This document shows, one piece after another, positions 26,060 through 37,730 of a stretch of DNA of 64,000 nucleotides. Origin of the DNA: Chiloscyllium plagiosum (taxonomy: Eukaryota). Every line of letters begins with the position of its first letter. Positions within the stretch are counted from its first letter, which is position 1. The stretch is from assembly GCF_004010195.1 (NCBI RefSeq), contig NC_057749.1:23604999-23668998 (forward strand). Direction: 5' to 3'. Both the position numbers and the translations under genes were made by a program. The notes beneath the pieces were generated by a model. That model was not told where the DNA came from. It searched no databases and saw only the letters and a program-made list of their open reading frames with translations.

Positions 26060-28300
26060 GTAATCAGAAATATTGCAGTGCGATGATATTTGGCCCATGC
26101 AGTCTACACCAACGCTCTGAAAGAGCATTATTTACTGCCATTCTCCCACCGCTTTTCCAATGACCCTGCTTATTATTGCCATTTAAGTAGCTGTCTGATG
26201 TCCTCTTGAATGTTTCAACTGAATCCACCTCTACCACTCCCTCTATGCATACCAATCGCAGCATCGACTTGCTGTTCCAGAAGTCATTTCCGCGCACAGA
26301 TCTCATAGGCCTGTGTGGTGGGAAAGAAAATTAGAAGGAATGCCACTTCCAGGCCCTACATGCCAGACCCAAAGCACTTGCTATGTAAAAGTTTTGTTTC
26401 AATCTCATTTATTCCTTAAGCAAATAGTTTTAAATTTATGCCCTCTAGTTCTTGATCTTTTTACAACTAGAAATAATTCTGCCCTTTCCACTGCTCAACC
26501 TTGAATAATTTTGAAAACTTCAGTCAGATCTGCTCCATGCAAGAAAATTAGTCCCAGCTTCTCCATAACCAAGATTTCCCAACCCTGGAACCATTCTCAA
26601 AGCTCTTACGCATTCGCTCCAAAGGTGTTCACATGTTTTGTAAAGTGGGATGCCCAGAGATGCACACAATACTCCAACTGAGGACTAACTAATATCTTAC
26701 ACAGGGACGCAAAACCTCCCTGCTCTTGTTCTTTATGACCCTATTAACAAAGGCTAGGATATACTGCATTTTATATTAACTGCTATCTCCACTTATCTTG
26801 CCATCTCAAATGATAGATGCACATATCCACCTGATAACAGTCTTTCCATTTTATTCCAGCAATTAATGGTAATTCCCAGGATGGTGGAGGATATCAGTAG
26901 TGGAAACGTCAGTGTATATTAAGAAATGTTTATATTCTTTTAGCTTGAACACGATCATAGCTTGGCACTAATGTGCTGTGAATCTTTGTTGATTATCAGT
27001 CCAAGCCCACATGTTCCAGGTCTTGCAGTATGCAGGAACAGATTGCTTCAGTAGGAGTCACAAATGGTATTTAACATTGTTTAGAGGGCTTCACCTACTC
27101 ACTTCTAACCATATGTCGGAGGACACGTCTATGTTGAAGTGAAGATAGTTGGGTGTTGGACACTACCCTGACTTACTGTGAATCACAATGACCGAGACAA
27201 CTGATCTCCAACAATCACAACCATTATCCTTAGGTATGGCCCAAAGCAATGCAATTTTGTTTCCTTATTTGCATTAACTTCATCAGATTTAAATTTTGCA
27301 TGATCTCATTAATGTCATATTCAACCAAATTCTAAACTGATCCTATTCGTCAGTGGTGCTCATCTCACTTGTTGAAATCAGCTCTTTTGTCCATGCTTGG
27401 CCCAAAGTGTTTTCAGATGCAAACTCAAGTGGTCCTGGCAAAACCCAACTGTATATTATGGAGCATTGTTTGTCATCACTTGGTTGATTATCCAGAGTGG
27501 ACTGATGGGACTGTGATAACCAGATTCCACACCTCCTAATTTTTTGAACAGAATACACCTATTTGGTTCATCCAACAGATGCTGGTTGTTTTATTGCACT
27601 GGAGCATTAGGTTTAGGGATACAATGAAGTCTTCAGTATTGCAGTCAGGATGTTGACAGATTTTACTTTTCAGCTGTTTCTTGACAAGTGCCGACTTCAG
27701 AAGGCAAAAATAGATCACCTACTTAGTTCTTCTGACTGAAGATGGTTGCAAATGTTTCAAACTGCTAGGCTTTCCTGTCATTAAAGATGGAAATGCTATG
27801 TAGTCTCCTCTTGTTTCTGTCAGCTGTTTTAGTTGTCCACCATTGGATGTAGCAAGATTGCAGACATCTTATTTGACACATTGATTATAGGGTCATTTAG
27901 CTCCATCTTCAGCAAGCTGCTTCGACTCTTGACAGCATGCAATTCTGTGCTGTGGTTTCTCATGCTGATATAAGCCTGAAGCTGCTCCAAGCATACTCTC
28001 CCACATTCCGCAATGGACAAATAATGGTGGTATGAGGCCAAGAAGGTACAGACTGTCACAAATTAGCTCTGCTGCTATTAATGACCCAAAGCGGCTCATG
28101 AAAGCCCACATTAAGCTATTCCAAAATTTATTCCATTTAGCAGGATAGTAGTACCACACAGTATGCAGCTGTCCTTGGTATGGAGTCATACCTTAGCCTC
28201 CACAATGACTGTGTGGCAGTCGCTCCTATAAATACTGTCAATGACAAATAAAGACAGATTGATGAGGTGTAGTTGGCTTCTCCTTCCTGATGGCTACCTC
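26060..28300 (-). mobile_element. Old CR1-group LINE fragments
   Basis: Degraded 3' RT/UTR (26060-26830) and an LHTVWYYYPAKWNKF segment typical of the post-endonuclease region; boundaries uncertain. Confidence 0.55.
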
Positions 28301-28370
28301 AAAGCTAGTGTTTAACGTATACCCAGACCCTGGTATAAATGAGCAAGACAGCAAAAATTTTATATCAAAT

Positions 28371-28731
28371 CACATTAGTTCAATGGTTAGCACTGCTGCC
28401 TCACAGCACCAGGGACCCGGATTCGATTCCAGCCTTGGGTGACTGTGTGGAGTTTGCACATTCTCCCCGTCTGCATGGGTTTCCTCCAGGTGCTCCGGTT
28501 TCCTCCCACAATCCAAAGATGTGCAGGTTAGGTGAATTGGCTATGCTAAGTTGCCCATAATGTTCAGGGATGTGTAGGTTAGGTGCAGTGGTCAGGGGTA
28601 TATGTAGAGTACTAGGGTAGGGGAATGGGTAGGGGAATGGGTAGGGGACTCCTCTTCGGAGGGTCAGTGTGGACCTGCTGGACCTTATGGCCTGTTTCTA
28701 CACCGTAGAAATTCAATGATTCTATTCTATG
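28371..28731 (+). mobile_element. HE1-type V-SINE
   Basis: Same head, V-domain and tail as 21554-21893. Confidence 0.88.
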
Positions 28732-31325
28732 AAATGATGCATTTGTTCATATTTAACATCACATGAAACAGCTTCAACTTCACAAAGACTTAAAATTTCA
28801 GAAGCAATCAGATTTAAGAATTAAATCCATTACAATATTACTTTTGTAGCATGAACTGTATGCATCAATTGTTAACATATTCCATTTATCCAATAAAATT
28901 ACATTTTCTGCTTATTGAGCTCAAAGTCAATAAGCAAAAAATTTCTTCAGCAACTTTTCAATTAGTCGAATGACATCAGTTTCATAGCAAGGACTCCTCT
29001 GCTCACTCCTGCCAACTCATATTCCTACAACTGAGCTGACTTTCCAGTTGGTTGCTGTATTAATTTCACATTTGGTTTAGCTTATAATAAAATTCGGGTG
29101 ATGCATTAAACTAATCTTGCGTCTATAAAAGCAAATCCTCCAGCCATTTCCCCAGTTTATAGTTGGAACCTCATCAGTGTCAACAGCAATGAAATCTCAT
29201 TAGAAATCTCCGAATAAATGAATTCAAGTTTTTTTTTTCCCCCAATGAACAACCTTTTTAACACTTTTTCCATAATTGGAACGAGAATATGAAGTTATGC
29301 ATTTGTGTTAGATAAAGTGTAATGTTTTGACACCAAGTTTCCTCATCTAAATCATTAATATATATTGCGAATAGTTGCAGTCCAAGCACCGATGTCTGAA
29401 GTAGTCCACTAGTTCATGTCTGCCAATTGGAAAAAGACCCATTCAATGCTAGCCTTTGTTTCCTGCCTACCAGTTTTCAATCTGTTTCAGTGCACATCCT
29501 CCAATATCTTGCACTTGAACTTTGCATAGTAATCTCTTATGTTGGACCTTAGAGAAAGCCTTCTGAAAGTCCAATTAAGTCACATCTACTGCCCAATCAC
29601 CTCCCCATTATCTACTCTACTATTTGGATCCTCAAACAATTTCACATCTGTCAAGCACGACTTTCCCTTCGTAAACAACTATCATAACTTGATCGAAAAG
29701 CCCAAATGGATCATCAGCGTTCTTCAGGGAAAGAAATCTGTTCTTCTCTGGTCTGGCCTAAATGCAACTCCGGGGCTACAATTTATTTGACTCTTGACCA
29801 CCTTCCAAATGGCAAGGCAATGGTTTAACATGGATGGTCACCACATCTCAGGTTGAGTCCTTCCTGGTAACCGGAGCCAGTGACAGAATCTCACACACCC
29901 TGTTGATATCATTTGGCATCACAATCCAACTGTCCAACAACTGAGCTAATTAAACCCCTATCCTCTGAATGGCTTAGGAAGGCACAGCGTTCAAGAGCAA
30001 TTCCGGATGGTGACCAAATGCTGATTGTACCTCTATTGCCTGCATCCCATGAAAGAATAAAAAAATTACAAATGGTTCCTGAATATATTGGAAGCACTGG
30101 GTGTGCAGAGTTCAACTCATTTAGATCATGGGGAAAATTCCAGCACAAGCTAAGATCTTGCATGACATGCAGCCAGAAACTGCATAATTTGTGGATGACA
30201 TTATTCTGAAGTCCTAGGGTCTGACTGTGTATGGAAAATTATCCCACGTGGATGCATGACAGGAGGCAAGATGGAATGAACGCCTCCTTACAACAAACAC
30301 TGAATGCGCCACTATCAGGTATGACCTGTCACTCAGTCACCAATGCTCTCAAAGTAATTTCAAAGAATAACTAGGTAATTACTTTTAGTGATGCTGGTTG
30401 GTGGATGACAAATGCAAGATTCAGTGCATTTAGCAGCCTTATGTCAACAAATTCAAATACCACATTGCTTCGCATGCCTCCTCATAATTTACTTTAACAA
30501 CTGTCAACATCGAACACAACACTAAATTATGTTAATAACAGGATCTCACTTCACTTAATAAGCAGTTTTTTGCAATTAATTGCCAAGCTGCACCGCCTAA
30601 CATCTTACAAACCTAAAATTAAGGAGATTGGGGAGAACTCCTTTTACATGCCTAAGGACTAGGTGAGAAAAATACAGAATGCTGAAGAAATTCAACAGCT
30701 CTGGCAGCATCTGTAGAGAGAGAGAAACAGCATTAATCTGGAGTCAGATACGGCTCTGGCTAGATGAAACCTCAGTTTAACATCTTGGCCTAAAGACAGT
30801 ACCTCCAACCTTGCAGTGCTCCATCGTTGCGAATTGGACTGTAAGTCTAAAATACATGTTCAGCTTCCATAGTGAGAATTTAACCCATGGCCTTCTAACT
30901 CAGGTCAAAGGGTGATTTAGTGAGCCACAATTTGGAGGCCTACATGCGAGGAGAAGCAAGTGACGTTTCTCAAAATAATGAATTACTTTGACATCAGTAA
31001 GCTAAATCATTCCCTTCACATTGCATCTGTTCATACATTGGCCATAGCACTGACGATAAACTATTAATTTGCCGGGGCTATAAGCAACTACAAATGACCA
31101 TCATTGTACTTTCGTGGTGATGAGCTATATTGAAAACTGGGTACATATTATCCCTCCTTTACCTCATTTTAAATCACTTACATTATTTAATGAAAAGATT
31201 TTTTTAAATCCTTTCATAAAATGAAAGTGGTACAAAGCCAGTATTTGCTGCTCATCTCTAGTTATCCCAAGGTGGTAGTGAGCATCTTTGTGAATCACTG
31301 TAGTCTATGTGGTGCAGGTAAACCA

Positions 31326-31602
31326 CATGCAGTCCCTGGGTTACAAACAGGTTCCATTCCACAGTACATTCACAAGTTGATTCGTACACAAGTCAGAACA
31401 CGACGCAGTACAATAAAACAGCTATGACGTGGAGGTGCCAGTGTTGGACTGGGGTGGACAAAGTTAAAAAATTACACAACAGCTGTCAGCACGAGTGAAC
31501 GCTCACATCAGATTCTTAACATTAATCTGGAATCTCATCGCTAAATATAAAAAAGTGCTCATAAATCGGACGTTGGACATTCATTAATCAGGGACCACCT
31601 GT
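31326..31602. mobile_element. Degenerate Tc1/mariner (Tigger-like) MITE containing a short PLE family B fragment
   Basis: Imperfect TIRs catgcagtccctgggttac / aatcagggaccacctg followed by TA; internal insert 31424-31477 between aacagct direct repeats. Confidence 0.5.
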
Positions 31603-31944
31603 ATAGTGTAGTTTGAATGGAAGTCCTACTATTCTGATCTAGCTGAAGCACACGAACAGCAATTCAGTTTCAAGTCAACAGGAATTTCCAAATAGATCTT
31701 TCATGCAGCTACTACCCTTGCCTTTTCCAAGGTTGCCAGTCATGGCTTTGGACTGTGCAGAAATGCCTTAAAAATAGATTTGCAGAAACCTCAAAGAAAA
31801 ATCCAAATTTTGAAAACCTTTACAGAAACTAGGTCTGTGAATCAAATCACCATCCTTGGATTACATTTTCCTTTAAGTACTCTTGCTGACTTTGTATCAT
31901 ACAACATTGACTAATAAACTGGATTACATTTCTTGGAAAGGCAT

Positions 31945-32922
31945 GTTTTGGAGATGCCGGTGTTGAACTGAGGTGTACAAAGTTAAAAATCACAACACCA
32001 GGTTATAGTCCAACACGTTTATTTGGAAGCACTAGCTTTCAGAGCACTGTCCCTTCATCAATTGGTTGTGGAGTATAAGGTCATAAGACACAATTTATAG
32101 CAAAAGTTTACAGCGTGATGTAACTGAAATTATATCTTAGAAAAATACCTGGATTATTTGTCAAGTCTCTCATCTTTTCGAATGACCATGTTGGTTTCAG
32201 TTCTTTTATATGTAAATCACAGACTTTTTTTTAAAAAGTTACATTCTCAAGTGAACTTTAACAATTGGTGTCATGTTGGCCCAGATAATGCACTTAAGGT
32301 GTGAGCTGCCCTATGTGAGACTGACTACGCCACAAATGGTCAGACTGATTATAATCTAAAAAACAGATTTACAGAATCTTACATGGATTCATGAAGTTTT
32401 TGAGCAAAATAAAAGGTAATTCTGCAAGTACAAATTGACCCCACAAACTTATATGCATGTTTGTGCATGTGGATATGTTTTTTTTGGGGGGGGGGGGGCT
32501 GGGTTTTATTTGTCTGAGAGTGTGTGTATGTATGTATGTGTGAGAGTGTAAAGGGGTATAAGTCTGTGAGACAGTGCGTGTGGGAGATATTCTGCAAATC
32601 CATTTTTTAGATTAGAATGAGTCTCATACAGGGCAGCTCACACCTTCAATGCAGTATCTGGGCTGACATGACACCAATTGTTAAAGTTCACTTGAGAAAG
32701 TAACTTTTACTTGTGAAAGAACGGAAACCAACATGTGCATTCTAAAAGATGAGACTTAAACAATCCAGGTCTTTTTCAATATATAATAATTTCAGTTACA
32801 CCACAGTGTAAACTTTTGCTATAGATTCTATGTCTTACGATCTTCTACTCCACAACCACTGATGAAGCTAATGCTTCCAAATAAACATGTTGAACTATAA
32901 CCTGGTGTTATGTGATTTTTAA
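31945..32922. mobile_element. PLE family B fold-back (inverted pseudo-LTR) insertion with 14 bp TSD
   Basis: TSD tcttggaaaggcat at 31931-31944 and 32923-32936; arms ~31984-32378 and ~32590-32922 are diverged reverse complements. Confidence 0.88.
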
Positions 32923-33459
32923 TCTTGGAAAGGCATATGCTTTGAAATACTTCAGACCAAACATTTGTCAATTTATGGCTGTAGATCCGTTGTTGTTCAT
33001 TTAGTCTGTTAAACACAATTTTAATTCATGGTTGAGACTATCGCAAGGATTTTCTACCCACCATCTGGAGTTGTGTGTGGTTACTGATCATGTGGTTACT
33101 GCAGCTCCAAATGCAAACAAGCAAATATCTGGGCTGCAGTAATTCAGCTTTCGAGCATTATTAAATATAGTTTAAAATCGTCCTTTCTTTTAGGAAATGC
33201 TGAGTTCAACTTAATGAAAAGGAATTTTTTTAAAATTGGAAAAGCCTTTAGTGGAGGGCCGTGATTTCACGCATCGTAAGAAAGTAGTAATGGTTTAATA
33301 AGGCCAATATGGGCTTTGAAGCAGGAGAAGGAGAAAAGATAAAGGCAGGTAAATAATTTCAATACTTGTTGGCACTGGGAAGGAATACATTTCCAAATGT
33401 TTCAAGTTGTCTGTCACACATTAGAATTATTTGCAGTTACATTAATATTATGACTAGTG

Positions 33460-34345
33460 TGAAGTCAGATCAAGTCATAGCGATATACAGCATGGAAAAA
33501 GATTCTTTGGTCCAACTTGTCTATGCTGAACAGATCTCCTAAATAAACGCATGGTAGCTCAGTGGTTAGCACTGCTGCCTCAAAGCAGCAGGGAGCTAGG
33601 TTCGATTCCAGCCTCGGGTGATTGTCTGCGTGGAGTTTGCACATTCTCTCAGCGTCTGCGTGAGTTTCCTCCGGGTGCTTCGGTTTCCTCCCACAATCCA
33701 AAGATGTGCAGGTTTGATGAATTGGCCAAGCTAAATTGCCTGTAGTGTTAGGTACATTAGTCAAAGGGAAATGGATTTGGGTGGGTTACTCTTTGGAGGG
33801 TCGGTGTGGACTTGTTAGGCCAAAGGGCCTGCTTCCACACTGTAGGGAATCTAATCTAATCAAACCTTGTCCCACTTGTAAGCATTTGGTCCATTTCTCT
33901 AAACCCTTCCTATTCATATGCCCATCCAGATGTCTTTTAAATTTTGTAATGGTACCAGCTCACTCCACACATATACCACCCTCTGAGTGAAAAAGTTGCC
34001 CTGATGCCTTTTTTAAAGCTTTTCCATCTCATCAACAACCTATGCCCTGTAGTTTTGGACTTCCGCATCCCTAGGAAAAATACCTTGTCAAACCACGCCC
34101 CTCAGCCTCTGATGCTCCAGGGAAAATAGTCCCAGCCTCTCCCTATAGTTCAAACCCTCCAACCCTGGCAATATCCTTCTAAATCCTTTCTGAATCCTTT
34201 CACGTTTCACAGCTTCCTTCCAATTGCAGGGAGACCAGAAATGAACGCAGTATTCCAACAGCGACCTAACCAATGGCCTGTACAGCCACAGCATGACCTC
34301 CCAACTCAATATACTGACCAATAAAGGCAAGCATACCAAATGCAT
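33460..34345 (-). mobile_element. CR1/HER1-type 3' fragment interrupted by an HE1 SINE
   Basis: LYRPLVRSLLEYCVHFWSP motif; 3' tail near 33470. Confidence 0.8.
33549..33861 (+). mobile_element. HE1-type V-SINE
   Basis: tRNA head, V-domain, (atcta)n tail. Confidence 0.88.
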
Positions 34346-35769
34346 TAGTTTATAGCATTGCAGGCAACATTCTTATAGATTTCAGATAGAGATTCTATGA
34401 ACATTTTTATCGAATGCAAGAACCGTAATTTTTCCCCTCCTTAATCATTATTTCTTATTCCTGAAATGTCCACCATGAATCAATGTTCTGGACTTCTCTT
34501 TTATTCCTACGTGGGAGGTGGGCATCATTGATTAGGCCAACATTTATTACCTTTTCCAATTGCCATTGAACGGCCTTCTAGAACCAAGGTCATGCTTGGG
34601 CAGCATGAGTGGGTCCAACAAGGTTATGTAATTCCAAGTCAGGATGATATGTGGCTTAGAGTAGATCTTAGAGGTGGTGGTGGTATGCCATGCATCCGGT
34701 ATTTTTGTCCCTTCAGTTGGAAGAGGTAATAGGTTTGAAAGAAGTCTGGAAGTTTAGAAGACTATGGTTTTCTCCTTTATCTGCTGGGGTACCTAAACCT
34801 GCAAATAGTAATACGGAGGTGTCTTAATCCAGGTGTTCCGGGTTGTGGCTTGTGGCTCCCTGATGTGATTGAAGATCACATGTGGGGTCATGAGCTGCCC
34901 CTGTGCAGATGAGCATATCCAATCCAGATGTTCACAACTCCCTATTGCTTACCCCCCTTCCCTTACACCCCCACAACTGCCCACTCAAAAGAACAAACAA
35001 ACGCATACTCAAACACCCGAGCTCAAGTTTCCAATCATGCTCAAGATTCTAAACTTGAAATTCTGTCACAGCAAGTGAATTTCCCTCAACATGGTCACTT
35101 GCACTTTCAAGTTTTCCCATTAACATACACATTTAACAACTTTTAAATTCAACGCAGACCCTCAAACATTTGTTCTTCTCTTCTTAGAGATATGCATCAT
35201 ACTTTGTATAGGAATGATTTCAGAATTTACACACACTTCAATTCTGACTAGGTCATGTGTCCTGCTGCTCAAGTGGGTTTATTACTTTCTCTACTGTACC
35301 CAAGACAACAAGTGCTTTGCAGCCACCAATTACATCTTTGAACATACTTTAGTACATATCTGTGTCTACACATCTGATAGCACCAAATCAACATTCTAAG
35401 TTATCAAATTGCTTCAAAGCCTTTATGAAACTAAATTTCCATTGTACTCCGTTTCTTTTTCAAGTTACATTTTGAATGCACCACATTTTGAACATAAGTT
35501 TCTCTCACTTTGGCAACATCAACCCTTCCTTCACAGCAAGTCTACTGTTTTTACCCATTACGACTTTGAAGACCAATCCATAATTGCATGCAGAATCAAT
35601 GACACCAATAATAGTCCCAAGTAAACCCAAAAGCTAAAGCTTCCCAACTTAATTTAATTAGCTGATCTACTAAATGTTGAGAGCGTGTTGCTGGAAAAGC
35701 ACAGCAAGTCAGGCAGCATCCGAGGAGCAGGAAAATCGACGTTTCGGGCAAAAGCTCTTCAGAAATCCT

Positions 35770-37687
35770 TTGTTTTATAGATAGTTTTATTGAAATTTTA
35801 ACATGTTTTTACAAGTTTACAAAAGAAAACTAAAAAAAACTCAAGTATAAACATTGATATACAGTTAAATCTTAAATAAATGATCACCAAAATCTATCAA
35901 ACAAGAAAACAGAAATACCAAGAGAAAAAAAAAGACAAAACTCAACTACTCGTCTAACTTACAACTAACCAGAGTGTATCATTAAAATTCTTACATTATT
36001 CAAGAGAAAAAAAACCCAACGGATAGCACATAAATTGAGCAGTGATATACATGCCCGGAATATGTTAACATCGGATCACAACACAAACCCATATTTATCC
36101 AAAACATCCCGAGCATAGAGCATATAAAATTCACAAAAATAAAAGCTCTTTAGTACATTCAGATCAATATACTAAAAAAACTATTTCTAAATAGTAAAAA
36201 AAAGTATAAAATGTATTTAAATGGAGATCTTCCCCCTTATTCCCAGGGGGCATCACTTCCTTTCCAAAAAACCCATCTTAACCTCTCCCAACCAGTGCCC
36301 CACCCTTGACCCAGGCACCCCACGATAGGATAAAGAAAATTCAAGTATACTACTGAACTAGAACTAACAGTAAGTTCCCTATCGGCCACCTCCCCCCCAA
36401 CCCACACCAACACCTGGATATATTTGGTAATGTTAATACCATATATGAACATATATGACTATAAAATTACAGTCTCAGCAAATAATAATTAATTAATATA
36501 AAATAACAGGGGAAGGGGAGAAGAAAATCGATAAGTAAAAGATGAATAAATAAACCCTTCTTCCCACTCCCCGGAGATAATATTAAACAGTAAGGTAATG
36601 AAAGGAAAAAAAAGGATAAACCAGGGAGGGGGTAGGGCAAAACAACATCAATTAACTCTTATAGATTGTCTAAGAGAGTTCAAAAGTTCCTGGGCCTTCT
36701 CCGGTGATCCGAAGTTATACACGGACCCTTCATGGCTGAAGCATAGTATAGCTGGGTAGCGCAAGGAGTATTGAATGTTTAAATCTCTTAAACACTTCTT
36801 TGCTTCATCAAACACCTTTCTCTTTCAGATCAAAGCTCGGGAAAAAGCCCTGAAATAACATCTTGAATCCTTTATAAGCATGGCTTGGGGACCTTTCCCA
36901 AGATTTCTGGAGGCTTCCAAGAGCATCTGACTCACCCTATAGCTCTGCAGCCGGAACAGGACCGAGCGGGGGCGCTGGTTCACGCCGGGCCCGCGTATTG
37001 CGACCCGGTAGGCCCATTCCACCCTTACCTGGCCTGATCCAGCCTCCTGCGGAAGCCACTGTTCAAGGAACCTTGTAAGCTGGCCTCCTACTTCCTGTTC
37101 GGGAAGGCCCAGCAAACGGATATTTTTTCGACAACCTCTATTCTCGAGGTCCTCAACGTGATTCTCTAAGGTCCGGACTTGCTGCTCGAGAGTCCGGACC
37201 CGATCCACGGCCGATTCTGCAATGGCCTCTGAGGTCGTGGTCTTTAGCTCCGCCCCTCCGACTCGGCATTCAATTTCCTCAATGTCTCTGTCATGCTTTT
37301 GTAGTGCGGCCGAGAATGAATTCCATCGGCTTCGGGACTCTTCAATGAAAGCATCAATCTTCGCGTCAAGTTTGGAGATTATTTCCACGAGGCTCGCCAC
37401 CGTAGGTAAGTCCCCCGGGACGGCTGCGGACGCCTCTGCTGCAGCTGGGGAGGGTGGGGGAGGGGCTCCTGCCTGCTGAGAGCTGCGGGCTCCTTTCCCC
37501 CTAGTCATTTTTACAGGTGACTGAACTATTTAAACTGTTTAGTACTTAACCACTAACTACATTAAGTAAAAACTATTTTTAATTGATTTGGTTGGTGGGG
37601 TGGAGGAGGGTAGCCAACTTTGCCTAGGTCTTGGGAGGAGCACTATAGACTCAGACTTACTGAGTCGCCGCCATCTTGGATCTCCCA
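35770..37687 (-). mobile_element. ORF1-only L1-clade element (HAL1-like)
   Basis: TSD tcagaaatcct at 35759-35769 and 37688-37698; L1-like 5' end gggagatccaagatggcgg; ORF1; AATAAA and A-rich 3' end; no EN/RT coding region visible. Confidence 0.85.
36648..37508 (-). pseudogene. L1 ORF1p (coiled coil-RRM-CTD) with one in-frame stop at 36825-36827
   Basis: VEDLENRGCRKNIRLLGLPE, VEWAYRV and RPRSVLFRL motifs; the same frame continues past the TGA as KRKVFDEAKKCLRDLNIQYSLRYPAILCFSHEGSVYNFGSPEKAQELLNSL. Confidence 0.88.
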
Positions 37688-37690
37688 TCA

Positions 37691-37730
37691 GAAATCCTGA
37701 TGAAGGGCTTTTGCCCGAAACGTCGATTTT
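37691..37730 (+). ncRNA. Minimal type I hammerhead ribozyme motif, intact core
   Basis: gaaauc-CUGAUGA-a-GGGC-uuuu-GCCC-GAA-ACGU-C-gauuuu; 6 bp stem I (one G-U), 4 bp stem II, GUC cleavage triplet. Confidence 0.75.
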
